DNA from: Macrostomum lignano
Taxonomy: Eukaryota
Length of the DNA: 64,000 bases
Assembly: GCA_002269645.1 (NCBI GenBank)
Contig: NIVC01000282.1
Span: 434,001-498,000 of the forward strand
Direction: 5' to 3'
A program made the position numbers and the translations under genes. Shown here piece after piece: positions 34,801-45,100 of the stretch. Within the stretch, counting starts at the first letter, position 1; the number at the start of each line of letters is the position of its first letter. The notes under the pieces are model-generated. The model was not told the DNA's origin and ran no database searches. It saw nothing but the letters and a program-made list of their open reading frames with translations.

Positions 34801-34973
34801 TCAAGCACCATCAGCTGATGCGAGTCCTGGCGCAGGTGGCCCTTGGCAACAAGACTGGCATAGACTGCTGTAGGCGCCGATTCATTACTAGCAGTAGTAG
34901 ATGAACAGAATCGAATGAAAGCAGTGTTGCAGACTCTGCTTCTGCGACAAATGTGGCCAATCAAACCTGGCAT
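22872..34973 (-). CDS. AFG1L: AFG1-like mitochondrial AAA+ ATPase (LACE1), about 483 aa
   Basis: Exons 34973-34443, 24859-24204, 23136-22872. Walker [19 protein letters not shown]; [12 protein letters not shown]; [51 protein letters not shown]; C-terminal [21 protein letters not shown]. Intron 1 (about 9.6 kb) contains the transposon. Confidence 0.93.
23230..24185. repeat. 33-bp minisatellite AAAAGCGCCAAAATCTACAAAACGACACACCAC in AFG1L intron 2
   Basis: About 28 units with variant units interspersed. Confidence 0.96.
24920..25600. repeat. Left subterminal repeat array of the transposon (about 52-bp units, GT(G/T)ACCG motifs)
   Basis: (GTGACCGTTCAATGTTACCGTATTTTGTGACCGTTTGTTCAGGGTCACAT)n, the reverse complement of the right array. 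Confidence 0.92.
25785..25965. repeat. About 42-bp tandem repeat inside the transposon
   Basis: CGCAGAAGTGCGCCAAAAAGAAGTAGTTGAATTAGTGGGACAT x4. Confidence 0.9.
26172..27333 (-). CDS. Transposon accessory ORF2 (unknown function), probably split by a 1-nt frameshift near 26355
   Basis: ATG-initiated 328-aa GC-rich ORF (27333-26347) with an internal ([15 protein letters not shown])x4 repeat. An overlapping frame continues [36 protein letters not shown] to 26172. Same strand as the transposase, between the TIRs. Confidence 0.6.
27394..27586. mobile_element. hAT-like MITE (193 bp) nested in the CACTA element
   Basis: TIR CAGTGGCGCAACCAG / CTGGTTGCGTTACTG; exact 8-bp TSD AGAACAAA (27386-27393; 27587-27594). 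Confidence 0.88.
27620..28450. mobile_element. AT-rich dispersed repeat, copy A (inverted homolog at about 37130-37820)
   Basis: For example GTACCTTTTAAAAACAAATAGAAAGCTTT and TATAGTACTTGCATCATCAGAT are present as reverse complements at about 37540-37630; the homology is colinear over about 700 bp. Confidence 0.8.
29069..29252. mobile_element. hAT-like MITE (184 bp) nested in the CACTA element
   Basis: Imperfect TIR CAGGGGGGCGACGGAG / CTCCCGCCGCCCATG; exact 8-bp TSD ATGGCGTA (29061-29068; 29253-29260). Confidence 0.8.
29416..32325 (-). CDS. CACTA/EnSpm-like (CMC, Transposase_21/DUF4218-type) DDE transposase, 969 aa, uninterrupted
   Basis: Zn-finger CLSC..CPHC; first catalytic block [25 protein letters not shown]; second [25 protein letters not shown]; [13 protein letters not shown]; [16 protein letters not shown]; [10 protein letters not shown]; [16 protein letters not shown]. 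Lies between TIRs. Confidence 0.9.
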   Translation of the reverse strand: MEAQQRRAIMTRLRVKRFRERKTVQLLFQRRQQWLQSGTTAMGAAIGNPQTNRGNKRRHPDDDIGSEGTPQPPSTGEATSQPPSTGEATSQPPSTGEATSQPPSTGEATSQPPSTGEASTSETASEAGDASEAAESSASETASEAGDASEATESSASETASEAGDASEATESSASETASEAGDASEATESSASQAPSDDAEYSDDGDGDDYDSDDAKLRNFCQLVAYPGATVSYAAIGTLAQCLAFAQNLSVHGVDKLLAYTKAVLPVNAAFPQTRHMLDNLLNLTPYSYTRCRPSVYCLSCDREMQQPRPNHCPHCNARLESPESVGHFWRMDIGSQVRQMIEECHLLDHVIYPVDQPANVGRLYMGSGTAYAAFKRSIALGSRSDLTYSVCIDGFPIFKRSVMEMCPVYVSINEVTDNMKSRYVVVAGFWSAKRKLRSTAYLPWLVEQLNALRSVGIEFMKGAGVDGKQGGRIRLHPLMFILDAPQRAETKCMRQFNAEYGCDNCYTISLHDAERGGSARIYPCAMSDDAMHAALAANVTQPTVRNLADTVMLANTKPVSAEHNLGVIAVSPLYRLEGFDYIQGCPPCFLHQLLTGLVRRTMEQLFVPIGKKPMRVCPAPDLSRRLSDINTRLATIHVPASHQRAPRTMHELGHFRGHELEAWLLCYGPMVLGDGLLDASYYQHFMLLSSAIFWLCLDGAPHTQILRADANLKHFYKELRNLFGAAAQTYNAHQVCEHFSAYALLLGPLHRVSAGLFESMHGRLRSRVHGTRHSDKQLVKQLTRRAATRYLSSLLGVRDIFNSSNPKATDRPALTTAGGVRLYERRQGRGFTRAVLHSGCQLEVFRPELQFCRSASCFIAFNCGATLFEFGRVESIRVADGTAKLVVRRLLTEKYLEPRDNPLYCFSGRRLLGGCALAHVRRLRRSPFDEVSKFYFELDPVATIVKSCAVSDSHVAFLPHEQFSFAA
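32710..33700. repeat. Right subterminal repeat array of the transposon
   Basis: (CGGTCACAAAATACGGTCACATTGATCGGTAACATGTGACCCTAAACAAAA)n, about 17 units. Confidence 0.93.
33745..34380. repeat. 32/33-bp minisatellite in AFG1L intron 1 (two related unit types)
   Basis: GGAACCAGCGGCCCATATTGTAGGACCCTGGG x about 11, then CAGCGGCCCAACCCAATAGAGGACCCTGGAGCA x about 7. Confidence 0.94.
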
Positions 34974-35685
34974 AGCAATTCTGCTTGCAAAAATATTTCG
35001 GGTAGTTTGAAGCCATGAATTTATAATATTTTATAGGAATTCTAAAGGATTAAACGTGCCAAAAAAGTAATATCTCAGTGATAAATATTTTTATGGCTCA
35101 ATTTTCTATGGCTTCTATGGCTCAGATTTTATTACATGTATTCAAGGCAAGCCAATGCACAATCACTGAGATGCTATACTTACTAGAGTTCTGATTAGTC
35201 CAAATTAGTTCCCAACCTCCATGACCAAGAATATCCAAGATTTGCTAGACTCTATATGAGTGCATATGATGTGCATTAGTACTAACCTGTGTATAAATGC
35301 TCTTAGAATGACACAAATATTTTAGGCACTAACATGTATTTTATAGCTAAATAAAAAAGAAACATGGATTCTCATCTTTTTATCATTTAAAACACAACAA
35401 ACATTTTACTAGATATTAAAACACAAACACAAAATTTTACTTATTATCATAATAGGGCCTAATATTTTATTTTAGAATACACTTTATACTATTATAAAAG
35501 CCTTGCTTTGCCATAACTATTGTCTAAAAAACTAAAATAGGAAAGATATAAAAGTCAAGTTTTATTTATAATAAAAATATTGTAGTGACTTTTATTATAT
35601 AATTTTAATATTGCAAAAAGTAATAATAGTAATAGTAATAATAATAATAATAATAATAATCGATTACAAGTATCCTAAATGGGTC

Positions 35686-35790
35686 AGATGTGCAATAAAT
35701 AGCTTAGCTATAGCTATTACATAGCACATCTGAAAGCTGCATATGGCTATTTAGTCCAAGGACTAGGGGTTTGCCATATATATCCCAGCT
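35686..35790. mobile_element. Dispersed repeat, TpA-enriched copy (less decayed copy at 38642-38830)
   Basis: Shared AGATGTGCAA..TCTGAA(A/G)GCTGC..TTTAGTCCAAGGACT, both preceded by (ATA)n. Confidence 0.75.
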
Positions 35791-36237
35791 ACAGCTAATA
35801 CCCATTATGGACCCTCCTTATGTATGGTATATGGACCCTCCTTACGGCGGAACACTAGTCCATAGGGCGGGGCGAAGACCAATAGGCAGAAAACAAAATA
35901 TAATTGAATGAGCACTAGTTACAACAACCAGTGATATGCTATAAAATATAGTAAAAATAGGCTTATAATATCTACTACTAATATTGACTTCAATAATGAA
36001 GGTCCCATGATATGCTAATATGCATGCAAAAGGCAAATGAAAAAAGCAATTGATATTTATCTAGTGATAGAATAAAAGGCAGTGGTTATTCTTTTAGTTA
36101 CCAGACAAATAACCATTTTGTTATTTATCCAGTTAAATTGCTAATACAAGTGTCTATATAGTGATAAATCAATTTTGAATTTTTAGGACCTTTTCTAAGT
36201 TTTCTTATATCCTAATTAATATTTTGTTATACTAATA

Positions 36238-36828
36238 CCAGGGTCAGGATCGTGTACCGCTGTACGCCGGAATGAAAATTGCTTACATAGCTCATGCATG
36301 CCAATGTATACCAACAAACTTTTTATCGCATACAAAAATATGCCAAAATAAAAATTACAAATTACAACTAATATTAAAAGCTTGCAAAATTTTAATATTC
36401 AAACAACCTATGTGTTAAAACTAAAAATCTTTTTTACTAAACTGTAGAGAACTAGTTCATTTTAACTATTTTTGTTTTACTTTTACTTTCTTGGAAAAGT
36501 TAAACCCGGTTTTTTAAATTTAGTTTTCCAATTTTTTCGTAAAGGGCCGGCTATTTTTTCTGATCAAAATTTAGCTACTGTAACTATGTACATAGAAACT
36601 ATGCCAAATGCAAACTTAATCATTTTTGTATGCTAATTATGTAGATTGATTATTGGGACTCAGAACTTTTGGTCCCACCTGCTGGTCTTGGCAATCTCTA
36701 TACGCCAAGCTATATACCAAGAGGGCAAGCCAGGCGCCTTTGTACGCCAAGTTATATACCAATGTGTAATTTAGGTCCCTCTGTACGCCAGAAAATTCTG
36801 GCGTACATGTATACTATCCGGAGTCTGG
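36238..36828. mobile_element. Non-autonomous TIR element (591 bp) with 8-bp TSD
   Basis: Ends CCAGGGTCAGGATCGTGTACCGCTGTACGCCGGAAT / reverse complement CCAGACTCCGGATAGTATACATGTACGCCAGAAT; TSD TACTAATA (36230-36237; 36829-36836); internal TGTACGCCA motifs. Confidence 0.75.
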
Positions 36829-37129
36829 TACTAATATAAGCAAAGCACATATATACATAATTAGGCCTATACTTGTTTAACAATTTTCTTTTGATGTTTG
36901 CAAAGAATTTAAGTGAAAACTAATTGCAGTGTAAGATATATACTACTAGTATAACAACATAATAATCAAGATTTAAAAAGTAATTTTTAAAGTCCTTAAA
37001 CAGGGCCTATTGATCTATTTATTGTAAAAATTGATATAATTACTATTACCAATTTAATTAGACAAATAACAAAGGGCCATTCTATATAATTATAGTTGTA
37101 ACATGACAGACTATTATTAAATGAAATCT

Positions 37130-37820
37130 AATAATAGAATATACTAAACCAATATTTTGAAAGATTATTTTGTCAAGAATATGTTTATAAAGTTTTATAT
37201 AGATATCATCATTAGTATAGATGCTATTAAACCTTGAATGGCACTTATGGTCGTAACAACAGGATTTTTTACATATAGAAACTAAAAGATAAAAGTCTTA
37301 TAACATTTTTCATTTTTGATATTTTGCAATAATTTTTTTAAATTTGACTAAGAACATCTTTAGAAGTCATACTCTTTTATTAGAATATATAAACTCAAAA
37401 AGGCAACAAAGATACAAAAGAAAAGGCAACCTTATGGTCGTAACATTATGGTTGTAACATTTTTTTCTGTCAATTCAGTAACTTTGAAGTAGGCCTACTA
37501 ATATATTAAAAATATAATAGATTATATGGTTGCTAATGTTTTTATCTGATGATGCAAGTACTATAATTTTATATATAGTTTCAAGTTTGTTTTAACCTTC
37601 TAAAGCTTTCTATTTGTTTTTAAAAGGTACATAAACTTAATGATGTCTTTTGCCTAGAAAATGTCCAATTTTTTTCAAAAATACTTTTTTGCCAATTGAT
37701 AACATACTAGGCCTAATCTAACATTTTATCTTTCATTTATTCTTAGATTGTTAGATTGTTAGATTCTTATTCTTAGTCTTGATTCTTAGATATACAAAAA
37801 AGATTTGGTAAAAAATTGGA
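37130..37820. mobile_element. AT-rich dispersed repeat, copy B (inverted relative to 27620-28450)
   Basis: Colinear reverse-complement similarity to copy A. Confidence 0.8.
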
Positions 37821-40539
37821 TGATAAGGCAATGACAAGCAAAAATATTGACTTTTTTCTATTTTCCAAATATGTCCATCTTATATGGAATGGGCCCAAAA
37901 TGTCTATTTATCCAATATTAACTTGACAAACAGTGAAATATGGCAATTTATCTAGTAATTAGATGAATAATCACATTGCTATTCATCAGTTTACCAGACA
38001 AATAAAAATTGCCTATGAAAAAAGTAAGTTTGTTGCAAATGAAAAAAACCAATGAGACAATATGGAAAAAAAGCAAACTTAAAATAAAAAATGCTAATAT
38101 AAATTCTTTATTTGAAAAAATTTTTGAATTTAAATATATATCTGGTTTCTATCAAGAGGATGCCAAAATGTTTTGTAAGCTTATTATCTTCCTTATACAA
38201 AAGCAAAAAGTTAATTGAAAACTAATATTCAAAAATAAGGTTTTATATTTAAACTAGAAAAAATGTCAGTTCTAATATTAAAGGTCATTAGAAAAAGCAA
38301 AGCCAATATTATAAACTTTTCCAATTATTAACCAGCTTTTTATATTAGCTGAACTCGAAATTCCTATAAAATTTTTCTAGGAAAATAAATAAAATGCATG
38401 CATTTTAAGCATAAGGCTAACTTTTGCAGATAGTATTATAAAGGTTTTGGCTAGATGCTTATTCTGCATTTTCTGGTTTTATTAGATATATTCTTATGGG
38501 CAGATAAGAGACAAGAAATGCAGGATTAGAAATAGATTAGTCAAGTAGCAAGTAGGCTTAGCAAGTAGTAGGCCTAGGCCCTGCAAATAGGCCTAGTCAA
38601 TAATAATAACTGATTACACTTGCCCTGGGCCTAAATGTGCTAGATGTGCAACCAACAACTCAGCTGCAACTATTGCGCAGCAAGTCTGAAGGCTGCGTAT
38701 GACTGTTTAGTCCAAGGACTGGGGGGTCGCCACACACACCCTGAGTCCCTGACACCCTCAATTACCCCAGCTAATGCTGGTACCCATTTTACAACTGAGC
38801 TGGATAAACTGAAGCAATGCAGAGTACTTAACTTAAAATATTAAAAGAATGAAGACTTTATAACCCAACTGGCCCAACCCAGCCTTTTTACACAGTACCT
38901 GGTCACTAACCCTTAGATCACTGTGGTCTGAAAGGTCTTGGGAGGGGCGGGGGGCAGCATGCAGACCAGAGTATTCGTTTCCTAGAATTTTCAAGATCGA
39001 TAAAACAGCACAAACTAACAAAATATTTTTCGCTGCCAAAGAATTAAATTCTATCAGCTGAATACTCAATATACACATTGAATACTTAAAAAACCAATAT
39101 ACATAGTGTTACATAATGCATTCTACTAGAAACTTTAGGCTGAGCTTGAGCTGACATTAATCCGTTTTTTCTACATTATGGATTAATAATCATGACATTA
39201 ATGTTTGTAATTAACAACGAGTCCAACGACAGTTGTAAAGTTATACAGTTTTCGGAGTCAAAGATATTTTCCACTAATTGTTGACTATCATATTCACTTC
39301 CCATTTAAAGTTGTCATCAGTAGCTGAATGTTTCTAATGAGTAATGACTAGATGTCGTTAAAGGAAATAACCAGACAAATTACAATTCATTTTAATGACA
39401 AGGCACAAGCCGCAGCCTGAAGAGGTCCAATAGACCATTCAAAAATGAGGATCACAATGCGCGAGAAAACTCAGTTTTATTTCGATACAATAATTGTATT
39501 GAGAACTTGCACAGCAGTTAATTGGCCTGCAAAAAATTAAGATTTGGTATGAAAGGCTCTCAAAAGTGCGGCTCTATCGACATAAATGAGACCCTTTTAT
39601 ACGGAAAGTAGATTTCGAAGCAAAATTAGCTACAATGATGATGACTAAGGTGGCGGCCAGCACAATTAGCGAATGGTTGATCCTCCGCTGCAAAGCTATT
39701 AAAACAAAGCTTATAAGTACTCCTAGTATTACAATATTCCTGTTTGACACAATAAAAACTCAATAAGCGAAAAATAAAATTAATCCATTTGAAGGTACAT
39801 TGGGCAAAGGCAACAAAAAGTGTGAATTGAGCAAAATTAACAAGAGATATCCAAGTGCACTCGCGCGATAAATTTTATACGAATAGAATAATCTCTTGAC
39901 TAGCTGTTTTTTCTTAATAATACGACGCCACATCCGGAATGAATGAATCATCGAATTTAAATTCTAAGGTTTTTTATAACAAAAAATACGCTTGTAATTC
40001 GTGAGATACCAGCACGCGAGTATTCGTAGCAATCTAATTTAGCGATAAATATATAAAGTAGAAATCTAAGTCAATGAAAATTTACAGTAAGAGAACAGAA
40101 TGTACACGCAAATTTAATTAATGTACGAGCTACTCATTGACTTGTATATTAACAAAACTCATACTTATTTCTACAACATAATAACAGCTACTAGTTGAAA
40201 GACGGTGATTCGCACGGACGGAACCAAATTAAAGTAGATAAAAAATACAGACAAATACATGCCTTAGTTAGGTACTCATAGTTACCTATGGCGATTGGCA
40301 ACTGGAGTTATATTCAAAATGAAATTAAGTGCAAACAAACTCAGATGATTCATTTTTAGGTGGAGAAAGATCAGGGCACCAAGACTTTAGTCCACGCTTC
40401 TACGGTACTACCGTAAGACACTGAGGCAGTTAGTTTGCCAAAGACTGTTCGGTCCTGCCTCCTGATATATGGTCTGGTTTCTAGTCTAATGTTAGGTAAT
40501 TACACAAGATACCGATACCTACACGAAGCAGTCTATGGT

Positions 40540-42180
40540 CAGGTACTCAGAGCAGTCTATGTTCAGATACTCAGGACAGTCTATGGTCAGGTACTCACTA
40601 CTCAGGACAGTCTTTGGTCAGGTACTCACTACTCAGGACAGTCTATGGTCAGGTACTCAGAGCAGTCTATGGTCAGGTACTCAGAGCAGTCTATGGTCAG
40701 GTACTCAGAGCAGTCTATGGTTAGATACTCAGGACAGTCTATGGTCAGGTACTCAGAGCAGTCTATGGTTAGATACTCAGGACAGTCTATGGTCAGGTAC
40801 TCAGAGCAGTCTATGGTTAGATACTCAGGACAGTCTATGGTCAGGTACTCAGAGCAGTCTATGGTTAGATACTCAGGACAGTCTATGGTCAGGTACTCAG
40901 AGCAGTCTATGGTTAGATACTCAGGACAGTCTATGGTCAGGTACTCAGAGCAGTCTATGGTCAGATACTCAGGGCAGTCTATGGTCAGGTACTCAGAGCA
41001 GTCTATGGTCAGGTACTCCGAGCAGTCTATGGTCAGATACTCAGGACAGTTTATGGTCAGATACTCACTACTCAGGACAGTCTATGGTCAGGTACTCACT
41101 ACTCAGGATAGTCTATGGTCAGGTACTCAGAGCAGTCTATGGTCAGGTACTCAGAGCAGTCTATGGTCAGGTACTCAGAGCAGTCTAAGGTCAGATACTC
41201 AGGACAGTCTATGGTCAGATACTCAGGACAGTCTATGGTCAGATACTCAGAACAGTCTATGGTCAGGTACTCAGGACAGTCTATGGTCAGATACTCAGAA
41301 CAGTCTATGGTCAGGCACTCAGAACAGTCTATGGTCAGGTACTCAGAACAGTCTATGGTCAGATACTCAGAACAGTCTATGGTCAGGTACTCAGAACAGT
41401 CTATGGTCAGGTACTCAGAACAGTCTATGGTCAGGTACTCAGAACAGTCTATGGTCAGGCACTCAGAACAGTCTATGGTCAGATACTCAGGACAGTCTAT
41501 GGTCAGGTACTCAGAACAGTCTATGGTCAGATACTCAGAACAGTCTATGGTCAGGTACTCAGAACAGTCTATGGTCAGATACTCAGAACAGTCTATGGTC
41601 AGGTACTCAGAACAGTCTATGGTCAGGTACTCAGAACAGTCTATGGTCAGGCACTCAGAACAGTCTATGGTCAGGCACTCAGAACAGTCTATGGTCAGGC
41701 ACTCAGAACAGTCTATGGTCAGGTACTCAGAACAGTCTATGGTCAGGCACTCAGAACAGTCTATGGTCAGGTACTCAGAACAGTCTATGGTCAGATACTC
41801 AGAACAGTCTATGGTCAGGCACTCAGAACAGTCTATGGTCAGGTACTCAGAACAGTCTATGGTCAGGCACTCAGAACAGTCTATGGTCAGGTACTCAGAA
41901 CAGTCTATGGTCAGGCACTCAGAACAGTCTATGGTCAGGCACTCAGAACAGTCTATGGTCAGGTACTCAGAACAGTCTATGGTCAGGTACTCAGAACAGT
42001 CTATGGTCAGGTACTCAGAACAGTCTATGGTCAGGCACTCAGAACAGTCTATGGTCAGATACTCAGAACAGTCTATGGTCAGGTACTCAGAACAGTCTAT
42101 GGTCAGGCACTCAGAACAGTCTATGGTCAGGCACTCAGAACAGTCTATGGTCAGGCACTCAGAACAGTGTATAGTCAGGT
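40540..42180. repeat. 24-bp minisatellite AGTCTATGGTCAGGTACTCAGAAC at the CEP164 3' end
   Basis: About 65 units; explains ORFs 40435-42174 and 41115-42230. Confidence 0.96.
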
Positions 42181-45100
42181 CTGATGCGGAGGCGGCGGCT
42201 GTCTCACCCCAGTGGCCGGATGGCCATTAGAGCGGCTAAAGCGATTAAGCCAGGCCCTGTGCCTGGCCAGCTTGTCCTCAGTTGACATGCCGGGCGTCAC
42301 GGAGAACGCGGCCAAAGGCGACGCCAGCGAAGACGGCGGCGGAGGCGTACGAGGTGTGTTTAAGGACGACGGCGACGCCGGAGTTGGCGGAGTTGACACC
42401 AGCAGCAGCCGAGAGTCCATCATTGTCGTCGTGGTGACGGTCGGCTTTCTAGCCAGTCGCCAATCAAATGAAGTTGGCAAAAGCAGCGGCGAAGGCTGCT
42501 GCAAAGCAGGCAGGGGCGCCTGCGGCGGCTGCTGCTGCATAGAGACTAAGCCCATGATCCGTTCAACATCGCTGTTGAGCCGATTCAATGAGCTCAGAAT
42601 GTCGGCAGACGAATCGATGGGATTTGGACTGTGTGGCGGCGGCTGCTGCTGATTCAGGCGATGACTGCGGATGCCGCGGCGCTGCCGACTCGGCTGTCGG
42701 TGGCCGCCGCTGCTGCTGTTGTTGCCCTGATCGGAGGCCAGCTGATGATGGGAGTGGCGCGGGACTCGATCACGCCTGTGGCTGGATTGTCGATCGCTGA
42801 ATGTTCGTAGCGTAGGGGGGAGGGGGGAGGTGGGGTTTTATTTTCAAGAAAAACAGAAATTTCCAATCTTGTGTACGTTACGGTGCCTGTCTTCTATTAG
42901 AGGCAGGTGCCTGTGTGCACCCTGGCGCACTTTAAGCGACATTGTCTCACAACCGGCGAGAGGCATTGCTGCCCATTCCGCCGACTCCCCTGAGCAGGCA
43001 CACAAGCGCGAGGATACGTACGCAGTCATACGCACAGGCACACACACAGGAGTGTACAGCGCCCCCGACTTTATTTATCGTTAGGCATGTACACTTCACT
43101 GTGCCTTGGGGGGTTGGCTCTCTAGGGCGTCAACTGCACGAGCAGAGCCAAGCCGAGATTCCAATTTAGGCCTAAATTTACGAGAATTTGACTGCACTGG
43201 GAATCGAGTCTGGGCCGCTGGCAAATTTCTTCTGCGCTGGACCACTGGGCTACGGCCCTCCTTACACTGCCTGTCTCTCTAGGCTATCTCCAACAGATTG
43301 CACACTAAACTCCAACAGATTGCACACAAAACTCCAACAGATTGCACAGAAAGCTCCAACAGATTGCACACAAAACTTCAACAGATTGCACACAAAACTT
43401 CAACAGATTGCACACAAAACTTCAACAGATTGCACACAAAACTCCAACAGATTGCACAGAAAGCTCCAACAGATTGCACACAAAACTCCAACAGATTGCA
43501 CACAAAACTCCAACAGATTGCACACTAAACTCCAACAGATTGCACACAAAACTTCAACAGATTGCACACAAAACTCCAACAGATTGCACACAAAACTCCA
43601 ACAGATTGCACACTAAACTCCAACAGATTGCACACTAAACTCCAACAGATTGCACACAAAACTCCAACAGATTGCACACTAAACTCCAACAGATTGCACA
43701 CTAAACTCCAACAGATTGCACACAAAACTTCAACAGATTGCACACAAAACTTCAACAGATTGCACACAAAACTCCAACAGATTGCCCACAAAACTCCAAC
43801 AGATTGCCCACAAAACTCCAACAGATTGCACACTAAACTCCAACAGATTGCCCACAAAACTCCAACAGATTGCCCACAAAACTCCAACAGATTGCACACT
43901 AAACTCCAACAGATTGCACAAAACTTCTTGTCTAGCTACTATTCATCAGGAAATCTCTGATATGTGTTGATATGTGTACATGAGAAAGGCAACTAACTGG
44001 TCAATCAAGGAATAATGCACCGCAATAAACTCACTGAAATGCTGCTTCCCGAAAGCCGCCACCGTCGCTCAAGTCGCTCAGGTTGGCATCCTCAGCACCG
44101 CTACTTGCCTCATCATACTCATCGTTGGAATCGTCAACAGCCAGCGCTGGCAGGCTGCGCGACTTATTAGCCAAGGACTGCCAATCGACGTCCATGAAGC
44201 CGCCGGTTCCCCGGTGCCGACCGTTGCCAGTCGGCGTGGCGAAGCCCAGCGGATCCGAGGCCCCGGCCGAGGCTGCCCCGTCGGCGGCGCCGCGGATTTT
44301 CACCCGCCTCTGCCGGTGCGGCGCCGCAACGGGACGCTCTGGCGACCGCTGCTGCTGGATGGCCAGCCGGCGCAAGCCGTTGCCGCCGCCGCCGCTCCAG
44401 CCGCCACTTGTCGGAGCCGTCTGACGTCGTAGAAATTCGCGAGCTCGACACAATGAATCCGACTCGTCTGGCTCCGCTGCTACCGCTGCCGCTGTTTCCT
44501 CCTCCTCCAGTCGACGCGCTGCAGACACCGAAGCCGCTGCTGCATCCTTGGCGGCCGCCAATTCCGCCTCCATCGCCGACTTTGTTTCAAGCAGCTCAGC
44601 TCGTTCAGCAGTCAGCTTCTCTAATTCTGCGCGCGCCGCGCTACGCTGCGCCGACAAAGCGCGCAACTCCGCTTCGAGAGTTGCCCGACGCTGCTCCGCC
44701 TCTGTCAGGGCCGAAAGCGACAGTTCGCGTCGTTTCTCGGCGTCCGACGCCTCAGCATCGGCTGCCGCTTTTTGCCGCTCCGCAGCCGCAGTGGCGGCTT
44801 CGACTGCCGCCCGACGTCGCTCCGCCTCAGCGGCCGCCGCTACAGCTGCCGATTTCCGCCCTTCCGCCTCCTGGGCCGCCGCTTCGGCTCTGTCCGCTGC
44901 CCCGGTCGCCGCCGCTCGCCGCTTCTCCGCTGCCGCTTCAACGCCGGCCAGCTCGGCTTGGCAGCGCCGCTCCGCTTCCTGACGCCGTTTAGCCGACTCG
45001 TCCTCGAGCTCCTGGCGGAGGCACTCCAGCCTGAGCGCGTGCCGCTGCTCAGCTGCCTCCAGCTCCGCTTCGAGACGATCGCGCAGCTCTTTCAGACGTC

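Noticed and set aside
27620-37820. Large inverted repeats as the TIRs of one 10-kb element carrying AFG1L exon 1
   Set aside because: One arm is nested inside the CACTA element and the other outside, the arms are diverged, and no TSD was found; better explained as two dispersed copies.
39470-39951. Possible small spliced membrane-protein gene (MWRRIIKKKQLVKRLFYS|NIVILGVLISFVLIALQRRINHSLIVLAATLVIIIVANFASK..)
   Set aside because: Two phase-compatible GT-AG pairs can be hand-picked, but AT-rich DNA yields hydrophobic peptides by chance, codon usage is unlike the host genes, and no family is recognisable; needs RNA evidence.
40435-42230. 579-aa and 371-aa repeat ORFs
   Set aside because: Translations of the 24-bp array, antisense to CEP164.
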